Positions 38,088 through 50,240 are shown, counted from the stretch's first letter. The stretch: 64,000 nucleotides of DNA from Guillardia theta CCMP2712 (GCF_000315625.1 NW_005434670.1:82237-146236); one strand, 5' to 3'. Numbers and translations are program-made. Notes: generated from the letters alone by a model not told the origin.

Positions 38088-40015
38088 TCAGTGTAGAATT
38101 CTTCCAACGTCGATCATCCCCTTGCGATGATTCACCGACAGCAGCACGCAAGCGGGCAGCAAGATCATGAAAGACAGGTAGACAAAACCTGCCGAGCTTA
38201 TCAGGTAACCTCCATCTCCGCTCACATCATAAGTTACCCAAGTTGATCGTGCTCGTTCTCCGATAAATCTCTCCGACAACTAACGGGCCCAGCCAGGAGC
38301 TTCCCTTGTCAGTGATCTCAAACAGGGCGAAGAATTCGGCCTCCTTGCCCGGCACGGTCAGGTCCGCAAACATGGTCCGCGAGAACGACTGGCAGGTAGT
38401 GAGCACAGGGACAAGTCAACGAGGAGGAGACGAGGAAGAGCTCGAGCAGTTTGCAAGGAAGGGGAGAGGAGGGAGGGGGAACACGAAGGATAGGAGCCGG
38501 ATGTAGTTCCGGTAGCTGTAGAGGAAGGGGAGGCTCAGGAGGAGAAGAGAAGGATCCGAGGGGTGGGAGGGGCGGGTGGGAGGGGTGGGAGAGGGTTCCC
38601 AACCTGCACTGGACCAATCATGAGGCCATGCACGGCACCGAAGAGAAAGGCTTCAGCTCGCTGCTTGAGGCCTACGGGGGAGGAAGGGATCAAGCCGATG
38701 ATGCCGACGAGGCAGAGGAAGAGGTAGCCGGCCAGCGCGATGCAGATTATGACCTTGCTCTCGAGCTTGAAGCGCCACTGAATTTTGAGGAGGAGGAGGT
38801 TGCCGAAGCTTGCCAGCAGCAGAACCTCTAGAATCACGACCCCAAGGGCGGTAGAGGACATGCAGAGCTTCTGCTGCATGACTAGAACGCCGACGCTGGA
38901 GACTGTGGTGTAGGCGTCCGAGTAGAAGAAGTAGGCGATGAAAAACTTCATGGTTTCGGGGTAACTGGCCGCATGTCGGATGGTGCTGAAGGTGGACGCC
39001 CATCCTACCGTTACAAACTCACTCAGCTTCGGCCTCCGCTTCCCCGGGTGGGCCCCGAGGTAGTAGAACGTCCAGAGGGACCATCCTCCCCACCACAACC
39101 CGGCGAAGAAGATCGTCACTCGATCACCCAGCCTGTTGTTGTCCTCGTTGCCCACCACCGCCTGCAGCACGACTCCAAAGACAGCTCCAAGGAAGCCTGC
39201 GATGTATCCAAACATGAACCCCACGGTCGACATGAAGTTCTCGATCTCGTCGATCTTCTCCATGCTGTTCGACATGCTCGTCACCTCTGGATGGAACGAG
39301 ACCAGAATGGGAAGGAAGGCATTGTAGTACACCACACTGAGCCCGAAGCAAATGTTCGAGATGATGGTCAGCCAGGCAGCTAAAGGGTACAGATGGGGGT
39401 CGGTGACAAAGAGGAAGAGCATGCAGGACAAGCTCCCGATCGCCGTGCAGAGGATAAGGCCTAACTTCCTGTTCTTCCCATAGTCTGCAAGGGCTCCAAA
39501 TGTGATGAAGAACAGACACTGAGCGATGACACTGAAGGAGAGAACGCGGGTAGGAAGGTGAAGGAGTCGACTTCTCCCAGGAAGTGGACGCTCTGCTGAG
39601 GAGCAGGAAGGCGGGTGAACGAGGTCCCATTCCAGTACACCATGCCCTTTCCTATCACGCACGTTTTGCAAGGTTCCTTCCCCAAGATGCAGGGGGCACT
39701 GTCGCATGAGGGGTCGCAGGTTGCGATAGACTTTGAGTTGCTGAGTTGCTCAGCGATCCCTGAGAGGAAGATGGGGATGAAGAGGGAGATGGAGGTCGAA
39801 GCATACACGCTGTTGGCCCAGTCGTTCACGTACCATGCTACCCGTTCGCTAGATTCCCCCCTTCGCTTCTCCCACTCATACCGCAGCCTCGACAGAAAGT
39901 TCTGCTCTTTCTGCTCTTCCAACAAGTTCTTGTCTGCAGATTCTGAGAAGTGCTGAGAGATCTGGGCCATCTCCAGCTCAGATGCCTCATCCGAGTTGTC
40001 CTGACTCGCTGACAT
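38088..40015 (-). CDS. ATG22: MFS transporter, Atg22/UMF1 family
   Basis: AWYVNDWANSVY, GALADYG, YYNAFLP, FFIAYFFYSDAYTT, SRTMFADLTVPGKEAEFFALFEITDKGSSWLGP motifs across exons. Confidence 0.88.
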
Positions 40016-40431
40016 CAACCCCCGTCTATGTCGCCCCACTCAGACTTCTCACAGGCTTGCGAGTACACAAGCAGTCGCAATGGCGTTGCCCACCAATCCT
40101 TTCCGGTGAGTCATCTTGATGTCGTCCACGCTCCTCTCCTCCTCACTCACTCACTCTCCTCATTCCTATGACCATGTTCGTCCTCGTCCTCATCTTCCAG
40201 CACCATCTCCTCCTCCTCCTCCTCCTCCTCCTCCTCCCCTTCCTCCCTCCGCTATCTGCATTCTGACTGATATCCCCCCACCCCCGGCTTTACCTACAAC
40301 CATTCAAGACTGCCACACAAGTCCACCCCACNNNNNNNNNNNNNNNNNNNNNNNNNNNNNNNNNNNNNNNNNNNNNNNNNNNNNNNNNNNNNNNNNNNNN
40401 NNNNNNNNNNNNNNNNNNNNNNNNNNNNNNN

Positions 40432-42330
40432 TGCGTTCCAAGCCGGCAAAGTATCTCGGCTCCCTTGGTGGGAGCAGGTAAGACCGTTTCTCCTATGGGG
40501 GGGAGATCGGATGTGAATGATGGGTCTTTCACAAAGGGAGAAAGCGCAAGCCCCATCTGTTTCAAACTATTTCCATTTGGTCAAAATCTTAACCACTTTA
40601 TCCGCCATTTCCTCCTCCTCCTCCTCCTCCCTCTTCCCCCCCCCCCCTCCCCGGTCTCCTCCTCCTCATCCTCCTCCTCCTCCTCCTCCTCAATCATGTC
40701 TCTCCCCGATCCTTTCTCCCCACTTTCCCATGTTCCTCCTCAAACTGCCCGAAAGGTGACTCTGACGCTTCTCTTTCCCCTTCCTCGTCTTTCCCATCCC
40801 ATCTTTCTTCCCAGCTCCTCTCCAACCAGCCGCTCCCCCTCCAGGCTACTCCGCTCCTCCTCCAGGTTTGCCTGAGCTCAGACTTGTAAATTGAGCTGAG
40901 AACTTCTTTTCCTTCTCCCCCTCTCCCTCCTCCTTTCCCCTTCCCCTTCATCCCTTCCTCGTTCCCTCCTATTCCCCTTCAGGCTACTCGGCTCCTCCTC
41001 CAGGTGTGCATGGAATTGTTGTAACTGGCCATCGTCGCTGAAGACTTTCTCTTCTCCTTCTCTTCCTTGGTCGCCTTCTCCTTCAGCTGCCCCACCTCCT
41101 GGCTACTCGGCGCCCCCACCAGCATACTCTGCTCCACCTCCAGGTACTCCGCATGCCCGATATGTTGCAAGGTAGCACCATCGCTGTACCTAATTCTGTT
41201 CTGTTCTTCTCCTCACCCCCTCCCTCTTCTCGCCTTCCCTTCTCTTGTCCTTCAGCTGCTCCTCCTCCAGGCTACTCCGCTCCTCCTCCAGGTATGTCTC
41301 AAGTGCTGGGGGATGCTAGTAATTACTGAAGACTTCCCCTTTCCCCTCCTCTTCCTCCTCCTCGTTCCCTTCTATTCCCCTTCAGGCTACTCGGCTCCTC
41401 CTCCAGGTATGCCTAGAAGTGGTGTTACTGGCCATCGTTGCTGAAGACTTTCGCTCTTCCTCCCCTCTCAACCTCATCTTCCTCCTTCTCCCTCTTCCCG
41501 GCCCTCTTCCTTCCATTCCAATTTCATTGCCTTCTCCTTCAGCTGCCCCACCTCCTGGCTACTCGGCGCCCCTACCGGCATACTCTGCTCCTCCTCCAGG
41601 TACTCCGCATGCCCAATATGCAGCAAGTTGCCACTATTTTTAACACTTATTCCCTTTCGTTCTCCTACTCCTCCTTCAGCTGCTCCTCCTCCAGGCTACT
41701 CCTCCCCTCCTCCAGGCTACTCCGCCCCTCCTCCAGGCTACTCCGCTCCCCACCGGCAGCTGCTCTACCCCCAGCATACTCTGGTCTACATGACCTGAGC
41801 TCAACATCATATTGGTCTTGACCTTCTTACCAGCTCCTCCCCCGCAGTACGCTGCCGCTCCTCCTCCTCCTCCTCCTCCAGGTTCGAGTTCCCATGTGCA
41901 GGTCGTGAGAACATCTGACGTGTCCCTACAGCTGCGGCGGTGGTGCTCGGGATCTGCTGGAGTTGATCTCATGCTCTGCGCAGGATGCTCTTCCTCCAGG
42001 CTGGAAGAAATTCCAGGACGCTACCGGCCGAGCTTACTATGTGCCGCTGCTCCTCCTCCCCTCCTCCCTCCCCACTGACGCTCTCCTTTCAGTTGAGCCC
42101 GGCGGGCACAACACAGTGGGACCCTCCCGCTTTGCAAATGGCTCCTCCTCCCCCTCCTCCCGTGCCGGCTCCTCCCCCTGTCCAACCTCTCCCCCCAGGA
42201 ACGCGAGGCGGTTCCGTATTGTCAGGATCTGACGGAAGGAGCAGGATGGCAGGAGCTCAAGGACCCAAACTCAGGAAGAATCTACTATGTCAACCCCTCG
42301 ACAGGACAGTCGCGCTGGGACCGTCCCTAG
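40432..42330 (+). CDS. Proline-rich (GYSAPPP)n repeat protein with two C-terminal WW domains; microexon-rich; 5' end in or before gap (possible first exon 40080-40105)
   Basis: WW1 LPPGWKKFQDATGRAYY/LSPAGTTQWDPP; WW2 LPPGWQELKDPNSGRIYYVNPSTGQSRWDRP*; exons 40815-40865, 40983-41003, 41087-41143, 41256-41291, 41386-41406, 41543-41599, 41680-~41784, 41834-41881, 41932-41939, 41984-42040, 42093-42198, 42245-42330. Confidence 0.85.
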
Positions 42331-42426
42331 AGGCCTCAGTGCCGCACGTGCAGAGGGAGGGCAAGAGAAGAAGAATCAACACAAGAGGCACTGCGATGAT
42401 AGTGCGAGGATTTGACGTAAACCTTC

Positions 42427-43910
42427 TCATGCTCTTGACACCAACTTCTCTCCGCCTAGCGAAGAGGAGGTCGCCTCATCCCCACACGCCCGCGAGGAGG
42501 AATCAGCTGTCTCGTCCTCATCTCCTCTCTGCTCCGGAGAGCTCAGAGACGGCTCTCGTTGCTCCTCCAGCTGACTCCGACGAGAAGCTGCCTTGAGCTC
42601 TGCCTCCAGCCGAGCATTCTCAAGAGACAAGCTCTGGACCAGCTGGGGTCAGGGAAGAAGGAGAGCTGAGAGCAGAGTCACTCGCCTTGCAGCGCTCCTC
42701 GAGGCTCGAGAGAACTGCCACCAGCTCGAACGCTGTAGCGCTCTCGTCCTGACTGCGGGCACGTGACAACCTGCTACACTGCTGGGCTGCTGGACGTGCT
42801 CACCTGTTATGGCTGAGCAGAATCCTCGCTTGCCTTTCTCGCCGCATCTCAAGAAGAGCCTGTGGGGAGATGCTTGTTACACGTTACTTGCTCCTCCCTC
42901 CTCTCCCTTGCTCTCTTCCTGTTTCAGCTGGCGGACCAGCTCGTTCTTCTCCACTGTGTGCCTCTTGATCTCCTCCGCAAGCTGCCGCTCCGCATCTTCT
43001 CTCGCCTGCTTCGCCTGGGCTGCGATGGCGAGCTGCGAGGAGCTTGAGTTTCAGAACAGGGCTGCCTTGTCAGATCAGTCCTCACACTTTCCACATTCTC
43101 CTTCTCGATCTCTTCGAACGCTGTGCTCTTGTAGTAGCAGTGAGCTCCGGCAAGAACAAGCCAAAGGACCTCACCAGCTCCAGACATTCCTGGCTTCTTG
43201 TCCGCAGCTGATCCTTGATCTGCAAGATTGCGCTCATATCCTCCTTGTTCGATTCGATCTCCTGCTCCAAAGACCTGTGCAGCAGGTTCACCTTGCATGC
43301 AAGCACAAACATGATCGGTGCACCTCACACGACTTCGAAGGACGTCCATGGCCTCATTGTGACCCTTTTGCATCTCCATCATAAGCAACAACCCGTCGCC
43401 ATGCAAATTCGACCGAAGAGACAGCATCTGTTTCACGGTTCGTAAGAGCTTCATTCATGTCAAAGAGCTGTCAGGTCTATACTCGCTGTGCTTCTTCTAG
43501 CTTTTGTTCCAATTCTCGACATCTGCAGAAAGGTTGAGATTCGTCAACAAGGGGCGTGACAGACCTCGCGCATTTCTCTTCAGTGCTCATGATGGCTTCT
43601 CTACTTCATTCTATCCGTAACGCGTCGATGATCCAAGTTGAAGGAGATCCGATGATCTAATTTGAAGTCTCAGCCCAACATTTCAATCTGATCCTTATGA
43701 GCGCTCAGACTGCGAGGCCTTTGTTCATCAACCCTCTCCAAGCTTGTCAATGGTTCTCTTAATGTGCAGCTCTTAGTCTTGCCTACATAACGGCTCATCC
43801 AGAACAGTGCAGAGGGGGGCAAGGCCGGGCAGCACACAGTACAACTTCCGACTCACTACAACACTGACACCTCGGGCCTACGTCGTGACTGTCACTACCA
43901 TACTACAATG
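42427..43910 (-). CDS. Hypothetical coiled-coil protein, multi-exon
   Basis: Exon peptides VNLLHRSLEQEIESNKEDMSAILQIKDQL, AKQAREDAERQLAEEIKRH, SLENARLEAELKAA; start uncertain. Confidence 0.5.
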
Positions 43911-44371
43911 GTCATCGCTTTCTTTCCTAGTGTCCTTCGTGGCAACCCACTAGAACAAACTGGAGTTGTTTCGTAACCTGTCTTTGTAAACATCCTAGTC
44001 ACAAGTAGTAAGGCATTCGGCCGAAGGCTCGACTAACTCAACTTCCTTCAGTCTGAGAGCTCATCTCTGCCGCCCCTCAGGCTTCATCCTTCATAATGAC
44101 TCTTTGTCGCCTGTGGGATCCGGCGGCTGCATTCCGTTCAGACCCCATCGTAATGGTTTTCACTTGCACTTGAGGGTGAGGACCCACCACACCGCCTGAG
44201 GACAGTGATTCATCCGAAAACTTGGGGAAAAGGTAGGGGTAGGGTAGGGGGTACGGGTAGATGTGGGTAGGGGTAGGGGTAGGGTGGGGGGGAGGTGGGC
44301 GACCGGAGCCTCGGAGTCGGCACAAGGCGAAAAGAAAAAAATCAATCGGATCGATTTGATTCGAATGAAAT

Positions 44372-44460
44372 TGAACGTCTGAACGTCTGAACTTCTCAGG
44401 TTCGAAGTTTCAAATTTTCGAAGTTTCAAGGTTTCAAAGTTTCAAAGTTTCAACGTTTCT
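44372..44460. repeat. Short tandem array of TGAACGTC then (A/G)AGTTTCA-type 8-mers
   Basis: ...TGAACGTCTGAACGTCTGAAC...GAAGTTTCAAGGTTTCAAAGTTTCAAAGTTTCAACGTTTC. Confidence 0.75.
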
Positions 44461-45166
44461 ACACGGCCGTTCCAAGTACCAAACGTTGTTGAGTATTTAC
44501 AAACGAAATGTAGTACCCCTTGCAAATTAAATGTACCCCTACCTGTCCCTTCTATGTACCCCTGTGTATCTATAGTAAATGAGTACCCCCTTGCACCTAC
44601 TACCTTCCCACCCACTTTCGTTCAGCTAATACAAGGGAGAAACTCCCGCCATGGCTAGTTCAGGCACAATGCGCATGCTTTCTCCTCTCCTCGCTCCCCC
44701 AAACCCCCGCCTCCCGTCTCTGACCTCAGGCTTCGTATCCTCTAGAACATGTCCCTTCCTTGTTGTTGGTCCCTCACGTCTCTGTGTTCCTTATGATCTA
44801 GGCATCTGCAGTCAACCATGATATTTTTTGTCCGTTTTGGTTGCTTTGCGTGTGACAAGATCCAGCGTCTAGAAGTAACCTTCTTTACGTCCGTATTCCC
44901 AAATTATATGTGAGAAATATGATGGTGGGTGATCTTGAGGTTGTTCAATGTTGAATTAACCTGTGAATTTTCCATTCATGCAAACCGAAATTACAATCAT
45001 ATTTGCTTTGTCGAAGGTCTTTCCTCGATAATGGATCACGCCACATCATCATTCAGAATGTGAATCTTGATAAATAATCCTAATTCATCAAAGGATACTT
45101 TGCCCCTTGATACTTTTGATAAATAATCCTTTTTCCAGGTTCATCGAACCCTGCATTGAAGACACC

Positions 45167-45793
45167 ATGACGTCTGCAGCTGTCGATTTTGCTAGAGTCG
45201 CCACGGTGATGGTCGACTGGCAGACAGAGCAGTACGAGAAAGAGAACAGAGAGCTGCAATGGACGCTCTTCTGGTCAGTGTACAACTCGCGCAAGTTGAA
45301 TCACTGGCTACAGAAGCTCTCGAGGAGGCTGGGGTGCAGGTGCACTGACTGTCAGAGCCTCGGTGCCGCCCAGGAGGATTCTGAATGTAAGACCATGGAA
45401 TGGCTGGATGAAAACGTCCGTTCTATTGGCATGAAAGCAGTTCCATGTGATTGTTTGCTTCCTGACTGCTGCTCCAAGTCGAGTCCGGCAAAGGGTCACT
45501 ATTGCGAGAAGAAGTTTTCAGTCTTTGTAGTCAGTGATAGCCATTTCGTTCATTCTCGTGCTGGGATTCGATACGGATCTTTAATAGACAACATCAAGAC
45601 GATCGACGATCCGGAGTCAAAGAAGCTGCAAGAATTGTTTCGAAGGATTGTATACGCCTGCGATCATACTTACAACTGCTGGGGCATCATGGGGGAGCTT
45701 GTCACTGATGTGAAAATCATGTCGATCTTTGTTGAGATCAGACAGTCCCTACTGAAGAAACTTAGTGTGATAACGATCTCAAAGGAGTGTTAG
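45167..45793 (+). CDS. Intronless 208-aa Cys-rich hypothetical protein
   Basis: Open frame with ACCATG context, CxCxxC (CRCTDC) and further Cys/His; upstream pyrimidine-AG at 45138 suggests a 5'UTR intron. Confidence 0.7.
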   Translation: MTSAAVDFARVATVMVDWQTEQYEKENRELQWTLFWSVYNSRKLNHWLQKLSRRLGCRCTDCQSLGAAQEDSECKTMEWLDENVRSIGMKAVPCDCLLPDCCSKSSPAKGHYCEKKFSVFVVSDSHFVHSRAGIRYGSLIDNIKTIDDPESKKLQELFRRIVYACDHTYNCWGIMGELVTDVKIMSIFVEIRQSLLKKLSVITISKEC

Positions 45794-46109
45794 TCTCGAT
45801 CAGCTCCTTATCTCATAGTATGAAGATGGATATCTCATAGTGTGAACATGGCCATGTCATTACAAGCAGTAGAACTGTCTCTACCTTCTATCTTCCTACC
45901 ACCATCATCTCCTCTCCTCCTCCTCCCTTCCGCCTTCCGGTCCTACAACGGAAGCACTACCTCCACCCCCTGTAAACCACAAGATTGACCATAAACGGGA
46001 GGGTGGGGTCAAGGACAGGTTAACTTTGGCCGGATATGAAGAGACCGATGGTCCCCTAGTGAGGAGGGAACGATGGAGTGAGACCGAGTGGTGGGACTGA
46101 TCGCCGATC

Positions 46110-49100
46110 ATGAACGCCCACGTGTCTGCCGCTCTTGTGTATGGGAGGCGTGGGAGTGATGTCAGCTCGATATCTAGAAGCAGGATGAGCTACTTCAATG
46201 CTGGCGGAGGAGAATCGTTCGAAGAAATCTTTACCAAGAGCGAAGAGGTGAAGAAGCAGGGTCAACTGTTGAAACTATGTGCTGGGGGGAGAAACAATTG
46301 GCAGGCAAGGTGAGGGAACTCGATAGGATGAACGACTCGATTGCAAGACTGACTTGCCCTCCACAGGAATGCTATCCTCACACACTCTGAGTTCTTGCTT
46401 TTGAAACCAGATCATAGCCTGGTTGCTTGCTGTGATGACTGCTACGATCTGTTTCATTGACGGCCTTTACCAGATACGAGATGTTATACCTGTGCATGAG
46501 ATTACAAGTGTCAAGGAGGTCGTCGATAAGGTCCCAAATGTTCAAACTGCTCCATCCTGTACCTCCTGGTCTCGGTCTTGTTTCTGTACAAGTGTTTTCT
46601 TCTTTCCGATTCTTTTCTTTCTCGTCCATGCATGTCTTTCTGTCTGTTCACTCTTGTCTATCACTCCTGAGCATCCACAGGCGAGGCATGGAGCAAAAAT
46701 TGCAGACATTACCAGGGCCTTTGAGAAACCTTCCAAGGTAGTACAACATCGCTTGCACTTCGCGTGAAGCTTGTTGTTGCAATCAGAACAATATCCAACG
46801 AAAGATCTCAAAACTTTTTCAGTCCAGCCATGTTCAGAAAGCGCCTGCTCCTGAGGAACATGAACATCACTTTGTAGTGACCACAATCGCTGGTGGATTG
46901 AACAACGGAAAAAGTTTTCACATTCGAGCTCACAATGCGCATGACGTGCAAAGTTGGGTGTCGATTCTTCGTGAGGTTGAGCAGTGAAATTGGGTAGGAA
47001 AGATGTGATGGCTGATGTGTGATAGGAATCAAAGATTCGAATCGAGAGCCTACGAGAAAAGCCAGAAACAAGAGTAAGTCTTTGTGTGTTGATACTTGAT
47101 TGTCATCTTGCTCTTACCCTTGATGCCCTCAAGCTTTCAAAAGTCCGCAAGTTTATCAGAAGCGTTTACGATGCATACTTCTTTCAATTGATGACCTCAA
47201 TCTTTATCCTGTTAAACTTCGTGTCAAACATAGTGGAAGCCCAGGTACCTATTGTCCATTCTGATTGCAGTCGTACAACTTACTTCTCCTCCCTCCCCTC
47301 CTCCCTCGCTCTCTAGTTGGTGCCCGCAGCCGACACACAACTTGCATACGTGAGGTATCTGGCATGCGTTCAGAGCATGAAGTTGGAGGGTTGCAGGTGT
47401 TCGGGGTGATCGACTTCATCTTCACAGTCTTCTTTGGTGTTGAGCTTTTGATCAACTTGCTGTCACACTGGATGAGAGATTTCCTCAAAGACTCGTGGAA
47501 CATCTTCGATCTGGTGATCAATGCTGACTTGTCACGATGCCTCATGACATGTCGGCAGGTTGTCGTTAGCGTCTCCCTCATCTCTCTCCTGCCTCAGATC
47601 AGTAGATCACACTTGTCCGTTCCTCCAGCTCTTCACCTCCTTGTGCAGATATACCCCTCTTCAACTCCCTCCGAGTGCTGAGGATCTTCAGAGCGGTGAG
47701 GGCAGCTGAATCGACATGCTCGCATCTGAGAAGCTTTCTTCTTGATCAACCAAGGCTCGGCTGATCAGAAAGCTTCATTCTCTCAGAGTCTTGTTCAACG
47801 CCATGTTTGCTTCTTGTCTCCTTGCACAACAACAAGTTGAGTAACCTGATGCAGCATGGGCTCGATTCTTCCCGTCATCAACTCTGTCCTGGTGCTGCTT
47901 GTCGTCATAGTCATGTGAGTCTTGAAACACCTGATGCCAAGATTGTGAGCATTCCTTTCAGTTATGCGATTCTTGCTGTCGATATCTACCAGAACCGAGA
48001 CAAGAGATTCGAAAACCTGCACGAGTCTCTCTTCACCATGTACCAGGTGAATGCCCTACCATCCTCTGCCCTCTCTTCTTCCCTTCTCTTCCCTGCTCCC
48101 CTGCCTTCCCTGCTTTCCTGCTCCTCGTCATGCCTGCTCTGGCAGGTATCGACGGGAGACAGCTGGGCGTCAGACATCGCGAGGTCGCTCTTCTACGTGT
48201 GCATGCAGGACGGGAAAGCCGTCGGCTCGCCGAACCCTCCTGGAGTTCCCACGGGAGTGTGCGAGGTGATGCAGGGGCGGCGGCGGCTGAAGGGAGCAGG
48301 AGGGGAAAAGAGAGAGGAAGAGAGGGAGGGAGGGAGGGAGGGAGGGAGGGAGGGCGAGGCAAAGAAGAGGCGAGGACAGGGAAGGGAGTGAGATGAGGAA
48401 AAGAGCCATGAGGATAAAGTTGACTTGCTCTCAACTGCTCGTGATGTGCAGGTTGGGACAAACGAGTTTGATCAGGGCACACTAGCCTTTTTCTTCTCCT
48501 ACTCGGTACGTCAAACAATAGCTTGACTGAGGAGGTTGAAAGCCTCGCAGACTATCACAGGCATGATCCTCCTCAATGTTGTCATTGCAGTCTTGTTAGA
48601 CAACTTCACAAGAGCTGCGGCAAACGAAGATCAAGTCAGATGCTTCTTCCTTGTCCTTGTCCTCCTCCTCATCATCATCAAATTATTGTTTCCTCCTCCT
48701 CCTCCTCCTCCTCCTCCTCNNNNNNNNNNNNNNNNNNNNNNNNNNNNNNNNNNNNNNNNNNNNNNNNNNNNNNNNNNNNNNNNNNNNNNNNNNNNNNNNN
48801 NNNNNNNNNNNNNNNNNNNTTCTCTCCTCCTCCTCCTCCTCCTCCTCCTCCTCCTCCTCCTCCTCCTCCTCCTCCTCCTCCTCCTCCTCCTCCTCCTCCT
48901 CCTCCTCCTCCTCCTCCTCCTCCTCCTCCTCCTCCTCCTCCTCCTCCTCCTCCTCCTCCTCCTCCTCCTCCTCCTCCTCCTCCTCCTCCTCCTCCTCCTC
49001 CTCCTCCTCCTCCTCCTCCTCCTCCTCCTCCTCCTCCTCCTCCTCCTCCTCCTCCTCCTCACGGAGCTTCTCTTGATCCTTTTCAGATGATTCGGAGTGA

Positions 49101-50103
49101 GAGGGCGAAGGAATTGGAGGACGCAGACGAGCAGTGAGTGAAGTCAGGAGCATGAGAGGAGTCTGACTTGAACGTTAGCCACCATTCCAAGTTGTGCATC
49201 GACCCGGTCTTGTACGAGGTGGTCATGTCATCTACTATCAGCTTCACGATTTACGTGGTCCCTTCAGCTTGCTCAGTTTGAAAGTCTGGAGCAGCTCAAC
49301 AAGATGATTCTGGATCTGTTTCAGGTGAATCTATTCTTGACTTGCAGCAGATCCTGAGTGCGAGGGCAGGCGATCAACAAGGACGAGAAGGCGGAGCTTT
49401 CGTTCCAAGACCTTCAGAATGGCTTCAGGGTAGGTCAACAGAAGGCAAAGAACACAGAGAAGAAGGAAGAGGGAGAGGGAGAGAGGGAGAAGGGAAGGGA
49501 CAGACGAAGGAGAATGTGAAAGACAGAGAGATAGAAGGGACGAGAAAGAGGGAGACAGGGGGGGAGGGGAAGAGAGCGAGAAAGCGAGGGCAGCCAGTGG
49601 GAGCATCGGGCTGACTTGCTTATCAGGCGTTGGGAACGGACCCTCAGATTCATCTGTCAGTCGATGATTTCGAGTTTCTGACGGAAGAGTATCAGCTGTA
49701 AACGAGTGCTACCATGGATGCGGGGAGACTGAGGAGCAGCCAGGTGCTCGGCGCAGAAGAAGGTCAACTACAAGATGTTTGTAAAGATCATGAAGCATCA
49801 GGTTGAACCTGCTCCTCTCCTGTTGCCTTGCCCCTGACCTTTGAGTCCTCTAGCTTGAGAACTTCAGCTCGAGGCAGATCACCAGGGTTAGCTACTAGAC
49901 CTTACATCGTTCCTCCTGCAACCTCCTCGTCCTGATTGATATGATCAGGCTCTGCAAGAGATGGGTGATCCGGATTGCGTGGAGGCTGCCAACCTCGTAG
50001 CAATGAAGCTCCTACTTATTGGTCATTCTGTCTTGTCTTCTCCTGTCTTGATTCTCACACAACGGCAGAGAATCGAAAGAAGATGTCGAGAAAGATCGCT
50101 TGA
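46110..50103 (+). CDS. PH domain + single-domain (6TM) voltage-gated cation channel + EF-hand-like C-terminus; >20 exons
   Basis: PH-like VKKQGQLLKL...NNWQAR...VIPVHEITSV...FHIRAHNAHDVQSW; channel segments FILLNFVSNIVEAQ, DSWNIFDL, S4 LRVLRIFRAARLIRKL, pore ESLFTMYQVSTGDSW, S6 LLNVVIAVLLDNF; EF-like loop ending ...KDEKAELSFQDL. Confidence 0.85.
48823..49060. repeat. Long intronic (CCT)n microsatellite (~79 units)
   Basis: Pure CCT run next to a gap; shorter (CCT)n, (CCTCT)n, (GAT)n and (GAGCAG)n tracts occur in many introns. Confidence 0.98.
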
Positions 50104-50240
50104 TCTTGACAAGGTCTCCATGATTTCTTTTCAGTGAATAACGATATTGTGTTTTATTGTATGTAAGGAATAATGGTAATAATGGTATTCATAAGATGTA
50201 AGTAATAGTATCTATCATTACTCGTTGGGCTTGACAAAGA

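Noticed and set aside
40983-41760. YSAPPPG heptads as an RNA polymerase II CTD
   Set aside because: Same period and YS start, but lacks the SP dipeptide pattern of YSPTSPS and no RPB1 sequence is adjacent; PPxY reading fits better.
44395-44460. Heat-shock element array
   Set aside because: Only isolated GAAnnTTC pairs; no three correctly phased nGAAn units.
48523-49153. Poly-Pro/Leu/Ser/Glu/Arg ORFs
   Set aside because: Translations of an intronic (CCT)n tract and an N gap.
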